Assembly (NCBI RefSeq): GCF_036365525.1
Contig: NC_090400.1
Span: forward strand, 42,091,365 to 42,155,364
Length of the DNA stretch: 64,000 nucleotides
Source: Heterodontus francisci
Lineage: Eukaryota
Reading direction: 5' to 3'
Positions 63,746 to 64,000 of the stretch are shown piece by piece (positions within the stretch are counted from its first letter, which is position 1; each line of letters starts with the position of its first letter). Under the pieces are notes generated by a model, which searched no databases, was not told where the DNA came from, and saw only the letters and a program-made list of their open reading frames with translations. Made by a program: the position numbers and the translations under genes.

Positions 63746-64000
63746 GATTTGCACTAAACTCCTACTGATAACAATTTGAAATAGGCCACTCCGAGATGGG
63801 TATTAATGATTTGAGGATGATTCTCCTTTTGAATTGTGCCCCCAATCCCACAGCCTGTGTGGATCAGCAGGCTGACCACTGGCATCTCCCTATGCTTGAT
63901 AATTGGAATGCAACCTATAGGATCATGGATGAATATGTGCATGTTAACATTGTGATTTAAAGAATGATTTTCCATTCTTTTCCTCCCCACCCACCAATCC

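Noticed and set aside
50013-64000. BLMH exon 3 (expected GRCWIF... with the catalytic Cys)
   Set aside because: No matching exon found by eye; the acceptor-like site near 60434 gives an unrelated short frame. It probably lies beyond the window, so its absence is not evidence of a pseudogene.
1-64000. CRISPR arrays or other prokaryotic systems
   Set aside because: The sequence is vertebrate, with spliceosomal introns, LINEs and SINEs. The recurring palindromes are dispersed insertions with TSDs, not repeat-spacer arrays.

Overview
Eukaryotic genomic DNA, almost certainly from a shark or other elasmobranch. It carries the typical cartilaginous-fish repeat set: HER1-like CR1 LINEs, HE1-like V-SINEs, SacSINE1-like DeuSINEs, RTE/BovB-like, Tx1, Penelope and Harbinger elements. 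Three spliced host genes can be read. (1) TMIGD1 on the + strand: coding exons 21404-21482, 23821-24099, 27222-27506, 28846-28949 and a candidate last exon at 34269, whose cytoplasmic tail appears truncated. (2) The first two coding exons of BLMH (45667-45676, 49815-50012), in the same order and orientation as in mammals. (3) An unnamed minus-strand gene, divergent from TMIGD1, whose two exons (7950-7651 and 6000-5896) splice in frame to build a class I SAM-methyltransferase motif (PVVSAGA|GTGYWEYLLQCHGVDVISFD). It resembles an uncharacterised family I know from microbes, not from mammals. Gene 3 is the main finding; it continues off the left edge. A second finding is a family of short, fold-back insertions with 10-14 bp TSDs and minimal hammerhead ribozyme cores, found alongside a Penelope GIY-YIG remnant with its own hammerhead. 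All calls were made by eye, with no database search; repeat boundaries are approximate.
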